Positions 1 to 10,964 of a stretch of 64,000 nucleotides of DNA are shown in pieces. A program made the position numbers and the translations under genes. The stretch is from Hypanus sabinus (lineage: Eukaryota): the NCBI RefSeq assembly GCF_030144855.1, contig NW_026780939.1, positions 1-64,000 of the forward strand, written 5' to 3'. The notes beneath the pieces were generated by a model. That model saw only the letters and a list, made by a program, of their open reading frames with translations, made no database searches and was not told the origin of the DNA. Within the stretch, counting starts at the first letter, position 1. Each line of letters begins with the position of its first letter.

Positions 1-199
1 GTGTAAATACAATCAGGCCTTATCCACTGAATTTGGGAGAGACATGGAGAGGAAACTGGCGAAGAGAGGGAAGAGCAGGGAGAGGTGAGAGCGAGAGAAG
101 AAAGATAGAAAGAATGGGAGAGTGTGATAGAGAGAGCGAAGACAGTCTGTGCTTGCACCTGGCCAGCCCCACCGCCAGCTGCTTCCTGTCACGTTGGAA

Positions 200-238
200 G
201 GTTTTTGTTCGGCGCCAGTGTGTCTCTGAGTCACTGTG
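200..238 (-). promoter_or_regulatory. 23-RSS of V1
   Basis: Minus strand reads CACAGTG (238-232), 23-bp spacer actcagagacacactggcgccga, ACAAAAACC (208-200); both motifs are consensus. Confidence 0.97.
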
Positions 239-537
239 AAGACTCCACCCGCAGAAGTAGACGGCCGAATGGTTGGGCAGCGCGCCGGGAGAGCTCAGCA
301 GGAGCGTCTCGTCATCCGGTCTCCGGGCGGTGAATCCGTCCACCGACCCCTGAGGATAGACGGTGTTAACACCCACGGAGTAAAATAGGTTGTGAATCTC
401 CTTCCCGGGGTATTGTCTGTACCAGTAGAATGCGTTACTGCTGCTGCTGCCCTTTCTGAGGCACCTCAGAGCCACACTCTCCCCAGGAAGCTTGGTGAAG
501 GCCGGAGGAGTCTGGACGATGTCCTGCGGGCTCACCC
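239..537 (-). CDS. TRBV: V1: TCR beta-like V exon, family A, open
   Basis: After a polypyrimidine tract and CAG acceptor (539-538) it reads GVSPQDIVQTPPAFTKLPGESVALRC...FYWYRQYPGK...LFYSVG...FTARRPDDETLLLSS...SAVYFCGWSL. Cys23, Trp41 and Cys104 are present and the exon abuts a 23-RSS. LFYSVG / RP-x-x-x-F/L-x-LSS / CxWS resemble mammalian TRBV30 (recalled, not aligned). Confidence 0.9.
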
Positions 538-769
538 CTGGAAGTGAGACGGAGAGAAGGCCAAGGTCATTAATCTGTAGGACGGGAGGAGATCCGGGAG
601 AGGGGAGCGGATGGAGTGTGGGGATAGACGGGCCGCGTAGAGAAGCAGAATAGTTGAGGAGCAGAAGAGACACATCGGGAAATGTCAGTAAATTGAAGGA
701 TGGTTGAAGACCTGTGAAACAAAAGTACTTGGTCCAGAAGACAGCCAATACGATAGATATAGTGATATG

Positions 770-975
770 NNNNNNNNNNNNNNNNNNNNNNNNNNNNNNN
801 NNNNNNNNNNNNNNNNNNNNNNNNNNNNNNNNNNNNNNNNNNNNNNNNNNNNNNNNNNNNNNNNNNNNNNNNNNNNNNNNNNNNNNNNNNNNNNNNNNNN
901 NNNNNNNNNNNNNNNNNNNNNNNNNNNNNNNNNNNNNNNNNNNNNNNNNNNNNNNNNNNNNNNNNNNNNNNNNNN
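770..975. other. Assembly gap (N run); others at 7438-7628, 11153-11316, 53430-53574
   Basis: N runs of 206, 191, 164 and 145 nt. Confidence 1.
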
Positions 976-1090
976 GAGATAAATTTGAAATGGAGATCTG
1001 TCGTGAGAAATGGACAAAAACAGAGTGTCAGGGCAAGAGAGAAAGATAGTCGGAGAATAATGACGTACAGATCAAACTGAAGATAGAGAG

Positions 1091-1230
1091 ACAATAGACA
1101 ATAGGTGCAGGAGTAGACCATTCGGCCTCTCGAGTCTGCACCGCCATTCTGAGATCATGGCTGATCATTCAGCCTCAATACCCAGTACCTGCCTTGTCCC
1201 CATATCCCTTGATTCCCCTATCCATCACAT
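1091..1230 (-). mobile_element. CR1 LINE 3' end inserted in V1 intron
   Basis: Reverse complement of the CR1 3' UTR seen at 20990-21122; absent from the V4 intron (about 11430). Confidence 0.75.
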
Positions 1231-1547
1231 ATCAGAAAGAAATAATGGTAGAGAGAAGGCGAAAAGAAGAGAGAAAAACAGAGAAAGAGAAGAGGAGTAA
1301 GGGAGAGCGGGAAAGGGCAGAGAGATACAGACAGAGAATGGTTAAGGATGACTACGTCGTGGATAACGATGGGAAGAAAAGAATAAAACATATCTATAAA
1401 TTGAAATGCAAGAAGTAAAAATGCAGCAATGGATAGAAAATCGAAATGGCAGTTAGAACGGGCGGTGAAAAGATGAGGGAGGAGATGGAATGAAAAGGTA
1501 CGGAATAGGTAAAGAGGGATGTATAATTATTAAATTAAAATTTTTAC

Positions 1548-1584
1548 CATGAGCCCTGATCATCAACTCAATCAACAGCAGCAT
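1548..1584 (-). CDS. Leader exon of V1 (MLLLIELMIRAH+G)
   Basis: 37 nt, ATG...CAT G|gtaaaa, phase 1 matching the V exon; the paralogous exon at 11741-11777 keeps the ATG and donor. The intron spans an N gap. Confidence 0.75.
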
Positions 1585-1619
1585 ACTTCGCTCCAACGAT
1601 TTCCTTCACGATTGCGAGA

Positions 1620-1860
1620 GGCTTTCGAGAGTGAAATGTGTGAGGAAAGGAGACCCCGCCCTTTCCAGCTGATCGACGGATGTCCTCACACTGCTATTGG
1701 CTGATCGGCTCCACCCTATCATACGGGCAGGATCCGGGTGGGCGGAGCGGATTAGACGGTGCGGCTGCGCTCTGCCTCACTGGCCGCGGACCCAGCAGAG
1801 TCTGAGATCGGCCGAGGATTTCAAGGCGGTTTTTGAGCTGAATAATATTGATATTTTGGG
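1620..1860 (-). promoter_or_regulatory. Family-A V promoter (CCAAT box + GC box)
   Basis: AGCCAATAG (minus strand, 1702-1694) and GGGCGGGG (1661-1654) lie just upstream of the leader ATG; the module recurs at about 11800-11980, 12255-12620 and 21605-21900. Confidence 0.55.
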
Positions 1861-2565
1861 TTTTCTTTCTCAGATCAGCAAGAAAAGAAACAAAGAGGGT
1901 TTCTCAGGGCGGCGGTAACGGAGAGGAAGAGACAGAGAGAGGGCAGAGAAAGAGGGAGATTGAGGGAGAGCGGGAGACTGAGAGGGAGAGAGACTGAGAG
2001 AGATTGAGGGAGAGGGAGGGGAAGAGCGAATGAGGAGAGAGGGGGATTGACACAGACTGAAAGAGAAAAGCGCGGCTTTAATGCCAAAAGTATTTGAAGG
2101 GAAAACAGAGAACAATAACACTAGGCCAAGCAGAGACATTAACTAAAGCTCTCACACATGAAACGAGATGCGAACACAGTGTCTGAAACGAATATCTAAA
2201 AGTAAACCGAGTACCGCTCGTCCTCAGAGTCAGTCCACTGTTCTCGGGGAAGGCCGAATGCAAGCCGGCAGCGTAACGTTGCTGTGCTTTGCTCGAGTAA
2301 AAAATTCCGGAGTTCTAGAATAACCGACCAGTTCTTCCACTGGACACGAGCCCGCAAGGTCAGCCTGGACGTCCTTTATCAGCAATATTAACCGTGGACA
2401 GAGACCACGGAAACCTTTCTTCAGGAAATCTGTCCATGACTTAAATAAAAATGTTGGAAATGCACTCGAAGGAGAACTCTCGTGACCTGCAGTTACAAGT
2501 GTTCTCTGATTCCACACTCCAGATGTCTTTGCTTTCTGATTCCGTCACCTTCAGCTCCTCATACA

Positions 2566-2579
2566 GCGCCCCCTTCTGG
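2566..2579 (-). promoter_or_regulatory. CTCF-type motif, cassette 1
   Basis: Minus strand CCAGAAGGGGGCGC(TG): 13/14 match to CCASYAGRKGGCRS; conserved at the paralogous position in cassette 2. Confidence 0.7.
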
Positions 2580-2834
2580 TCTCCAGGCGACCAGGCCGCA
2601 ATCTGAAGGGGAGGAGCGGCGGATCATTATCAGACCCGGAATCCGGTTTATCATCAATGGACTATCTGGTAATATTTATTGTTACTTCGACAGCAGTACG
2701 GAGCAATCGATCAAATATACCATCAATTACAGTAAATGTAAACAAATACACAAAGAAATTAATTAATTTACGAATGCTCAGACAATAAATAGCAGACAAA
2801 TAAATAGACTAATACGGAATAAATAGACTAACAC

Positions 2835-3065
2835 GTGGTGGTGTTCATGGGTTCATGGTCCGATCAGAAATCTGATGGCGGAGGGGAAGAATCTGTTCCT
2901 GAATCATTGAGTGTGGGTCCCCGGTCTCCCGCACTTCCCCCTTGATGGTAGTAATGAGAAGAGGGCATGTACTGGGTGGTGGAGCTCGACAATGATTGAA
3001 GCTGCCTTATTGAGGATCGCCTATTGAAGATGTGCTCTGGGCTGGGCGGGATACTGTTAATGATG
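2835..3065 (-). mobile_element. Rex1/Babar-like LINE 3' fragment
   Basis: Homologous to 14875-15125, which encodes a recognisable C-terminal LINE peptide. Confidence 0.55.
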
Positions 3066-3175
3066 GCGGAGTTTACTACCCGCTAATGACGCGAAAGTCT
3101 CCAGATGCTGTCCATCCGAATCAACACACACACAAATTGTTGTCAGAACTCACCAGGTCTGGGCGCAGATATGGA

Positions 3176-3185
3176 AATGACGTCT
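3176..3185 (+). promoter_or_regulatory. CRE/decamer-like motif in V2 promoter
   Basis: AATGACGTCT about 150 bp upstream of the leader ATG; CRE-like decamers are a known feature of mammalian TCR V-beta promoters. Short motif, could be chance. Confidence 0.35.
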
Positions 3186-3333
3186 CGGGCTTTGTCCCAC
3201 CTCTTCAGCATTCTCCGTATTCCGGATTGGAGACTGCGGGCAGCAATGTGCCCGGAAGGGGCGGGGTCCTGATGCCGCAGTTTCTTCCGCCCTGGCCCCC
3301 TCGCACAACATAGAGAAGGATCCCGGAGAGAGG

Positions 3334-3370
3334 ATGTTGCTGTTACTCGCCCTGGCGCATTTGCTTCAGG
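3334..3370 (+). CDS. Leader exon of V2 (MLLLLALAHLLQ+G)
   Basis: 37 nt hydrophobic ORF ending CAG G|gtaaga; phase 1; paralogue at 15401-15437. Confidence 0.88.
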
Positions 3371-4299
3371 GTAAGAAATAATTTCACACAATAATTAATC
3401 TTCAATCCGTAACCAGGTCTGGTCATTCTGTTAAACTGGAACTAGTGCGGAGATGCTTTGTCAGGATTTTGCCGGAATCTGCGTGTCCGAGATAGAAGGA
3501 GAGGTTTGCGTCGACTCGCATTTCATTCCCGGGAAAGTCGACGATAATCGCGAGGGCTCAGAGTTAAAACGGGACGGGAACGGGGGCTTATAATGAGAGG
3601 CGACAGATTGTAAGGGAACACCGGATATTACTGTTTACTTAGAACTGGCAAGCAGAAATAATGGCGGATATAATAACAAAGATTAAACATCGTCTACTAG
3701 TGTAGAAGAGCGTCGACAGGAGAGGTTCACGTGACTTTTGGCCAGACACGGTTAGCTGGGACGGTCTCCGTTGTAAACAGTGTCGGCATGGACGAGTTCG
3801 GCCGAAGGGATCGTTCCCAAGCCGATGTCAAAGTTAATGTCGAGTTTATTATGTTTGACCAAATTACTGGCGGCAACATCAAAGGCACAGAACATCAGAC
3901 GAGCAACAGTTGTTGTGGAAAATGACGTCAATATGAATTATTCACGACTTTTTACAAGAAACAGGACAATTAGTATATAGACAAACCAGGTCTGTTTCAA
4001 TGTACAATAGTCAAGGTGGTCGCGGAGTTGCTAAACTGTAGTGATTCAGGAGCTGCAGTTTGGGTTACGAATGCGTCAAAGAAGGTGGAAATAATTACCA
4101 TATCAATATTTTATGCTCTTTAACATGCAGATATTGCTAATGATAATATTTCCTCAAGCGTTGTGTTTCTTATCATTGACCAGAATCCTCGATATTTTCT
4201 CTGACGGATCACATCGTTCCTTTTCTCCTAAACCTCGTCCTCCCGTTTAACAATCGGGTCTCCCACTGATCTCTCTCCACTTCCCGTTCCCTTCCGCAG

Positions 4300-4597
4300 G
4301 AGCGACGTCTCAGTCGGTTCGCCAGGACACGCCGGCTCTCTCCAAATCTCCCAACGAGAGCGTGGAGCTGAAATGCATCCTGGACGGCGGTAGCGCTAGC
4401 AATTATCTCTACTGGTACCGACAATATCCCGGGACGGAGATTCAGTACCTGTTTCATTCCACGTATACTGACTCAGTAAATCCGGAGGGGGCTGTGGACG
4501 GCTTCACCGCCCGGAGACCCGATGCAAAGACCTTCATTCTCAGCTCGACCAGCGTGCGCCCGGATCAGACGGCCGTCTACTACTGCGCCTGGAGTCT
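4300..4597 (+). CDS. TRBV: V2: TCR beta-like V exon, family B, open
   Basis: Acceptor ccgcag| at 4299; reads (G)ATSQSVRQDTPALSKSPNESVELKC...YLYWYRQYPG...FTARRPDAKTFILSS...TAVYYCAWS. Canonical Cys/Trp/Cys, no stops. Confidence 0.92.
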
Positions 4598-4636
4598 CAC
4601 AGTGGCTCAGAGACACGCCGGGGCCCGACAAAAACC
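4598..4636 (+). promoter_or_regulatory. 23-RSS of V2
   Basis: CACAGTG + 23 bp (gctcagagacacgccggggcccg) + ACAAAAACC. Confidence 0.97.
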
Positions 4637-6173
4637 TACGTCGGCGACAGGAAGCAGCTGATCTGTGAGTCTCGTTGATCTTGGTTTCACAGATCACGAA
4701 CGTGCTTATTAAAAAACAAACGCCAGGCAACATCAGCGCGTCTGCAGGTGGGACTGAGAAACAGAAGGATCGTTCCGGATTGGCTCGAGGTGCGGGGATC
4801 AAATCTGTTACCAAATAACGGGACGGTGATCTGGGGAGACGGACCCTCACATGGGAGTGACGTAGAGTAGCTGGCGGCACGGTACAGGAGCGCTGCGGGC
4901 AACGTGACGATGGTATAGCGCGCGCATTCATTTCCGCCGTGTCCGTGCGGGCTTCCTCTAGTTTCCCCACACATTCATAATCATTCGTACATTACAAAGA
5001 ATTACTGCGACGCCTTGAAGAAATGGAACATCAATTTCCACAGAGGCTGGGCAAACGGACAGTCCTTCTGGGAGATGAAGACGGGGTATGATTTTCACGT
5101 GAATTCGTTGAGGTTGCACCTGGAGTCTTAAGTGCTCTTCGCCGAGAATCTCCGAGCGCATCACGATTTTATGTTGAGAGAGCACAGAAACAGAAATGTT
5201 TCCTTTGGTGGGAGGGTCTAAGGTCAGAGGGCAAAGCTTCGGAACAGAGGGGCGTCCCATACGGAACTGGGATGAGGGGAATTCCGCCGCCAGGGAGTAA
5301 TGAATCTGTGGGATTCCTGGCCACAGGCAGCTGGGAGGTCGAAATTTATGTATATGTAAGGAGGAGTTGAATTATTCTTGTTTGGTCAGGGTATGAAGGG
5401 ATTCGGAGAGAGGAAAGGAGATCGTGGCAGAGTGGGATGTTGGATCAGGCGAGATGAAATGGCGGAGCGGACTGGGTGGGTAAAATGGCCTGAGTCTGAT
5501 CCTATATATGTTTATGGTCTGAACAGGATAGCATCTGTGGAAAAGGGTAAACAGTCGGCGTTTCAGGCCGAGGCCCTTCGGAAGGATAGGGTAAAAAAGA
5601 TGAGAAGTCAGATTAAGAACGTGTGGGGGTAGTGTAGGGAAACGCCGGTTGACTGGTGAAATCGGGAGGGGAGCGGGTGGGGTGAAGTATTGAGTTGGAA
5701 GGTTAACTGGTGAATGAGATACAGGGCTGGAGAAGGGGGCATCTAATAGGAAAGTTCGATAGCCATGGAGAAGGAAAAGCGGGCAGCACCAACAAAGGGA
5801 AGGGAAAATGACAGAGTAAATTTGAAATGGTGAAGGAAGGGGGCGTTACCGGTAGTTCGTGAAATCGATGTTCATACCGTGGTTTTCGCATTCTAACTGT
5901 GCTTGTCCATGATGAGCGGGGCATGTTTGTTTACCGATAGTGATGCGCGTCTGAAACGCGCTGAAAACAGTGGTGGAGGATGATGGATCAGAAGGGAATG
6001 AAGGAACATTCACCCATATGCAAATCGGCTTAGTGTGATTTGCATCATTCACGGTACTGTGCTATATGGTACGTACCTCTGCCGTCAATCATGCGCCCTT
6101 TATGTGTGACGTGGAAGCAGCAGCAAATGTCATTTCCTCTTCTCTCCTCGAGCTCCTCATTGTCGACAAGACA

Positions 6174-6212
6174 GGTTTTTGTCGCGTCTGCACGTTTCTC
6201 TCTATTACTGTG
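6174..6212 (-). promoter_or_regulatory. 23-RSS of V3
   Basis: CACAGTA (one mismatch at position 7) + 23 bp + ACAAAAACC on the minus strand. Confidence 0.95.
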
Positions 6213-6511
6213 TCGACTCCAGGCGCAGTAGTACACGGCCGACTGATTGGCCCAGAGATTGTCGGTTCTCAGAAAGAAAGTCTTTTCCTCAGGCCTCTTG
6301 GCGTTGAATCCATCCACGGCTTTGTTCGGAGTTACTATATCTGTGCCAGCGGAGTGGAACAAGTACTGGGGAGCTCCTCCCGGGTATTGCCGGTACCAGT
6401 ACATGTATGGATTGCTACTGCCTCCAGATAGCGTGCAGCTCAGTCGGACACCCTTCCCTGGAGGCGCGGAGACAGCCTGCGGAGTCTGATGGATCTTCTG
6501 CGAATTCGTCT
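6213..6511 (-). CDS. TRBV: V3: TCR beta-like V exon, family C, open
   Basis: Acceptor ggccag| at 6512; reads (E)TNSQKIHQTPQAVSAPPGKGVRLSCTLSGGSSNPYMYWYRQYPG...FNAKRPEEKTFFL...SAVYYCAWSR. SQxIHQ, SNPxxYWYRQ and CAWS closely recall TRBV30. Confidence 0.92.
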
Positions 6512-6835
6512 CTGGCCCAAAGACAGGGAGAAGAGAACGGTCAGTGAGTAGGGAGAGCCGGAGACAGAGGAGAGAAGGAATGGTCAGCGAGGGGTGAGTG
6601 AGGGAAAGCAGAGGGACGACTGCGCACAGGAAAACCAGCTGTCCATTCGGTCCTCAATTATTTGCTAGCCCCTACTAGTTATAGATCTATTCTGGCCTCT
6701 GGAATACAATAACAATTTTACTTTACTGAAATATCCCATATCCAGGCAGTGAAGGAATGGATATAAATATAATTTTTCAATATTTGTGGATTTCCATGGC
6801 TGAAGGGTTGAGCAGGCGAGGTGAAATTTACTTAC

Positions 6836-6881
6836 CAGGGTAGTAGAAAATACAACCCAGAAAGAGGGCGAGGAATCTCAT
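6836..6881 (-). CDS. Leader exon of V3 (MRFLALFLGCIFYYP+G)
   Basis: 46 nt ending CCT G|gtaagt; phase 1; paralogue at 17603-17648. Confidence 0.9.
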
Positions 6882-6889
6882 TTTGTGGA

Positions 6890-7260
6890 TTTGGCTGCAG
6901 CGTGCGCGCCCGACGAGGGTCCTTGACTCAGTGAACTAGGAGAAGCGTCGAGCTGGGGAGGTAGATGACGTGTCAGTCCAAACTCCTCCCACCCAATCGG
7001 CGCGGGAAGTGGGCTGTGGCCAAGTTCAGACAATGCCGGCCTGTGCGGCATGTGGTTGGCTCGCCGTCGTCCAATGATCTCCGGAGAATGCGCATGGGCG
7101 TGAGATCGTTTAAGGACGCGGCGCTCCTTATAGCTGTTCGCCGCTCACTACCGATGACGCATCTGAGAACTTAATTCCTCGTTAATTTGTCGCAAGTTGC
7201 CGAGAGGACCGCAGCTCGTACCCCCAACTCCCGAAATTGCAAACTTTATCCCTCCCCTGG
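6890..7260 (-). promoter_or_regulatory. CpG-rich family-C V promoter
   Basis: CpG-dense segment with CCAAT motifs, GGAAGT (ETS-like) and TGACACGTCA upstream of the leader; partly conserved at about 17660-18050. Confidence 0.45.
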
Positions 7261-7799
7261 TAGCTTAGGTTTCCCTTACAGCCTGACTTATCTCCCTTTC
7301 ATTCAACATCGCCATCACCCTTCACTGACAAGCCAAGAATGAGGTCCATAATACCGGGTCAGTTCATTGTATTGCGGAGAGAAAGAGAGAGAGAGAGGGC
7401 GAGAGAGAGAGAGTGAGAGAGCGTAGAGAGAGAGAGANNNNNNNNNNNNNNNNNNNNNNNNNNNNNNNNNNNNNNNNNNNNNNNNNNNNNNNNNNNNNNN
7501 NNNNNNNNNNNNNNNNNNNNNNNNNNNNNNNNNNNNNNNNNNNNNNNNNNNNNNNNNNNNNNNNNNNNNNNNNNNNNNNNNNNNNNNNNNNNNNNNNNNN
7601 NNNNNNNNNNNNNNNNNNNNNNNNNNNNGTGAGTGAGAGAAAGAGAGAGGAGAGATACGGCGAAAGAGAGTAGAGAAAGAGGATCAAACAGTTGAGGGAG
7701 CAGATCTAAGGCGAGAGGAGCGATTTAACGAGGACCTCAGTTGCAACACCTTCATCCTGAGGATGGTCCGTGTGTGGAACGAGCTACGAGAGGAACTCT

Positions 7800-8140
7800 C
7801 AACTCACGTCCTCTTGTTTGAATCTCCCCTACTCTCAACGGGAAAACGCCTATCTACGTCAACTCTCTCTATACCCAGCATAATATTAAATACCCCTATC
7901 AAGTTCCCCTTCAATCTTCTACACTCCAACGAATAAAGACCTAACTTGTTCAACTTTTCACTGTAATTTTGGTGTTGAAACCCAGGTAACATTTTAGTAA
8001 ATCTCCTCTGTACTCTCTCTATTTTGTTGACATCTTTCCTATAATTCGGTGACCAGAACTGTACACAATACTCCAAATTCGGCCTTACCAATGCCTTGTA
8101 CAATTTATCATTACATCCCAACTCCTATACTCAATGCTCT
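7800..8140 (-). mobile_element. CR1 LINE fragment
   Basis: LVRPNLEYCVQFWSP...ERVQRRFTKM...RRLKGNLI motif set. Confidence 0.85.
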
Positions 8141-8141
8141 G

Positions 8142-10035
8142 ATTTGTAAAGGTTGATGGAGAAGATCCTCAGAGGCAGGATTTATGAGCATTTGCAGAGA
8201 CATAATCTGATTAGGGATAGCCAGCATGGCTCTGTCAAGGGCAAGTCGTGGCTCGCGAGCCTGATTGAATTCTTCAAGGACGTAAGAAAACACATTGATG
8301 AAGGTAGAGCAGTGCATGGAGTGTGTATGGATTTCAGCAAGGTTCCCAATATTATTGAGAAAGTCAGGAGGGACAGATTCCAAGGGGACATTACTTTGTG
8401 GATCCAGAACTGGCTTGCCCACAGAAGGCAAAGTGTGGTTGTAGACGGGTGATATTCTGCATGGAGTTCGGTCCCCAGTGGAGTGCCTCAGGGATCTGTT
8501 CTGGGACCACTTCTGTCGTGATTTTTAAAAATGATCAGGATGAGGAAGTGGAGGGATGGGTTAGTAAGTCTGCTGATGACACAAAGGTAGGTGGTGCTGT
8601 GGATAGTGCGGAGGGCTGTTAGAGGTTACAGCGGGACATTGATAGGATGCAGAACTGGGCTGAGAAGTGGCAGATGGAGTTCAACCCAGATAAGTGTGAG
8701 GTAGTTCATTTTGTTCGGTCAAATAAGATGGCAGAATATAGCAATAATATTAAGACTCTTGACAGTGTCGGGGAAAAGAGGGATCTTGGGTTCCGTGCCC
8801 ATAGGACACTCAAAGCTGCTACACAGGTTGACTCTGGTTAAGAAGGCGTATGGTGTATTGGCCTTCATCAATCGTGGGATTGAGTTTAGGAGCCGAGAGG
8901 TAATGTTGCAGCTATATCGGACCCTGGTCAGACCCCACTTGGAGTACTGTGCTCAGTTCTGGTCGCCTCATTACAGGAAGGATGTGGAAGCCATAGAAAG
9001 GGTGCAGAGGAGATTTTCAAGGATGTTGCCTGGATTGGGGAGCATGCCTTGTGAAAATAGGTTGAGTGAACTCGGCCTTTTCTGCTTGGAGTGACGGAAG
9101 ATGAGAGGTGACCTGATAGAGGTGTACAAGATGATGAGAGGCATTGATCGTGTGGATAGTCAGAGGCTTTTCCCCAGGGCTGAAATGGTTGCCACAAGAG
9201 GACACGGGTTTAAGGTGCTGGGGAGTAGGCACATAGGAGATGTCAGGGGTGAGTTTTTCTCTCAGTGAGTGGTGAGTGCGTGGAACGGGCTGCCGGCGAC
9301 GGTGGTAAAGGCGGGTACGATGGGGTCCTTTCAGAGATTCCTGGATAGGTACATGGAGCTTAGAAAAATAGAGGGATATGGGTAACCCTGGGAAGTTCCA
9401 AGTAAGGATATGATCGGCACAGCTTTGTGGACCGAAAGGCCTGTATGGTTCTTTGGATTTTCTATTTTTATATCCCAAAAGAATGAGAATAATAATACAC
9501 ATGGCTCCACAGACGCTGCTCGACCAAACGAGCCTCTTCCGCAGGGCGCATAGTTGCTGAGATCCGGGCTTCCAACCTCTCCTGTGCATCTGAGGGATCT
9601 TGGGGTCCGAGTCCAGAGGACGCTCAAAGCAGCTGCTCAGGTTGACTGTGGTTAAGAAGGCGTACGGTGTATTGGCCTTCCTCAATCGTGGGATTGAGTT
9701 TAGGAGCCGAGAGGTAATGTTGCAGCTATATAGGACCCTGGTCAGACCCCACTTGGAGTACAGTGCTCAGTTCTGGTCGCCTCACTACAGGAAGGAGGTG
9801 GAAGCCATAGAAAGTGTGCAGAGGAGATTGACAAGGATGTTGCCTGGATTGGGGAGCATGCCTTATGAGAATAGGCTGAGTGAACTCAGTCTTTTCTCCT
9901 TGGAGAGACGGAAGATGAGAGTTGACCTGATAGAGGTGTACAAGATGATGAGAGGCATTGATCATGAAGATAGTCAGAGGCTTTTCCCCAAGGCTGTAAA
10001 AGATTGCACGAGGGGGCACAGGTTTATGATGCTGG
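8142..10035 (+). mobile_element. CR1 LINE RT-to-3' fragment followed by a second partial copy (9590-10035)
   Basis: [41 protein letters not shown]; frameshifts and stops. Confidence 0.9.
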
Positions 10036-10626
10036 GGTACAGAGGAGGTGTCGGCTGTGAACCGTCGGGCACTGAGGAGTCCAGCAGGACGGGGCGACTG
10101 GGAATATAGATACGAAAGTCAATGAAATTGAATTCACAGTTAGATGGGGTCCAAAAAGTGGTTTTGGTACACTTTCCTTCAGTAATCAAAGTATTCAACA
10201 GGAGATGGGATGTTATTTTGCCGGTTTGCAGGAAGCTGTACAGAACAAAATTGCCGAATAGTGTGCGGTTCTGATCACCTCCCTGTGGGGAAGATGTCCG
10301 TGAGATTGAAAGCTTGAAGGGAAAAGCTAGCCGGGGTGTGTTGACTGGGTTCGGAATTAATCCCCTGGAGCGAAGGGAAAGGAGGGGAGGGTTGAAATAG
10401 TGGGATTTTATGAAGGCTGCAGGTAGTGTAAATACAATCAGGCCTTATCCACTGACCTTGGTAGAGACATGGACTGAAAACTAGGGAAGAGAGGTAAGAG
10501 TAGGGAGATGTGAGGGCGAGACAGAATAAAGAGAGAAAGAACGGGGGAGTGTGATAGAGAGAGCGAAGACAGTCTATGCTTGCACCTGGCCAGCCCTACC
10601 GCCAGCTGTTTCCTGTCACGTTGGAA

Positions 10627-10665
10627 GGTTTTTGTTCGGCGCCAGTGTGTCTCTGAGTCACTGTG
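10627..10665 (-). promoter_or_regulatory. 23-RSS of V4
   Basis: Consensus heptamer and nonamer, spacer identical to that of V1. Confidence 0.97.
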
Positions 10666-10964
10666 AAGACTCCACCCGCAGAAGTAGACGGCCGAATGGT
10701 TGGGCAGCGCGCCGGGAGAGCTCAGCAGGAACGTCTCGTCATCCTGTCTCCGGGCGGTGAATCCGTCCACCGACCCCTGAGGATAGACGGTGTTGACGGC
10801 CCCGGAGTAAAAGAGGTTGTGAATCTCCTTCCCGGGGTATTGTCTGTACCAGTAGAATGCGTTACTGCTGCTGCTGCCCTTTCTGAGGCACGTCAGAGCC
10901 ACACTCTCCCCAGGAAGCTTGGTGAGGGCCGGAGGAGTCTGGACGATGGCCTGCGGGCTCACTC
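10666..10964 (-). CDS. TRBV: V4: TCR beta-like V exon, family A, open
   Basis: GVSPQAIVQTPPALTKLPGESVALTC...FYWYRQ...LFYSGAVNTV...YFCGWSL; 11 nt and 7 aa differences from V1 (manual count). Confidence 0.9.

Noticed and set aside
20-748. 242-aa ORF (and the 380-aa ORF at 10438-11580) as complete genes
   Set aside because: They read through intron, RSS and, in one case, an N gap; only the spliced V exon parts are coding.
1870-2139. MSLLGLVLLFSVFPS as the V1 leader
   Set aside because: No suitable GT donor follows and it is not conserved in cassette 2; the exon at 1548-1584 has a conserved ATG and donor.
4581-4587. Embedded heptamer for V replacement near Cys104
   Set aside because: The sequence is TACTGCG (CGCAGTA on the other strand), lacking the essential CAC.
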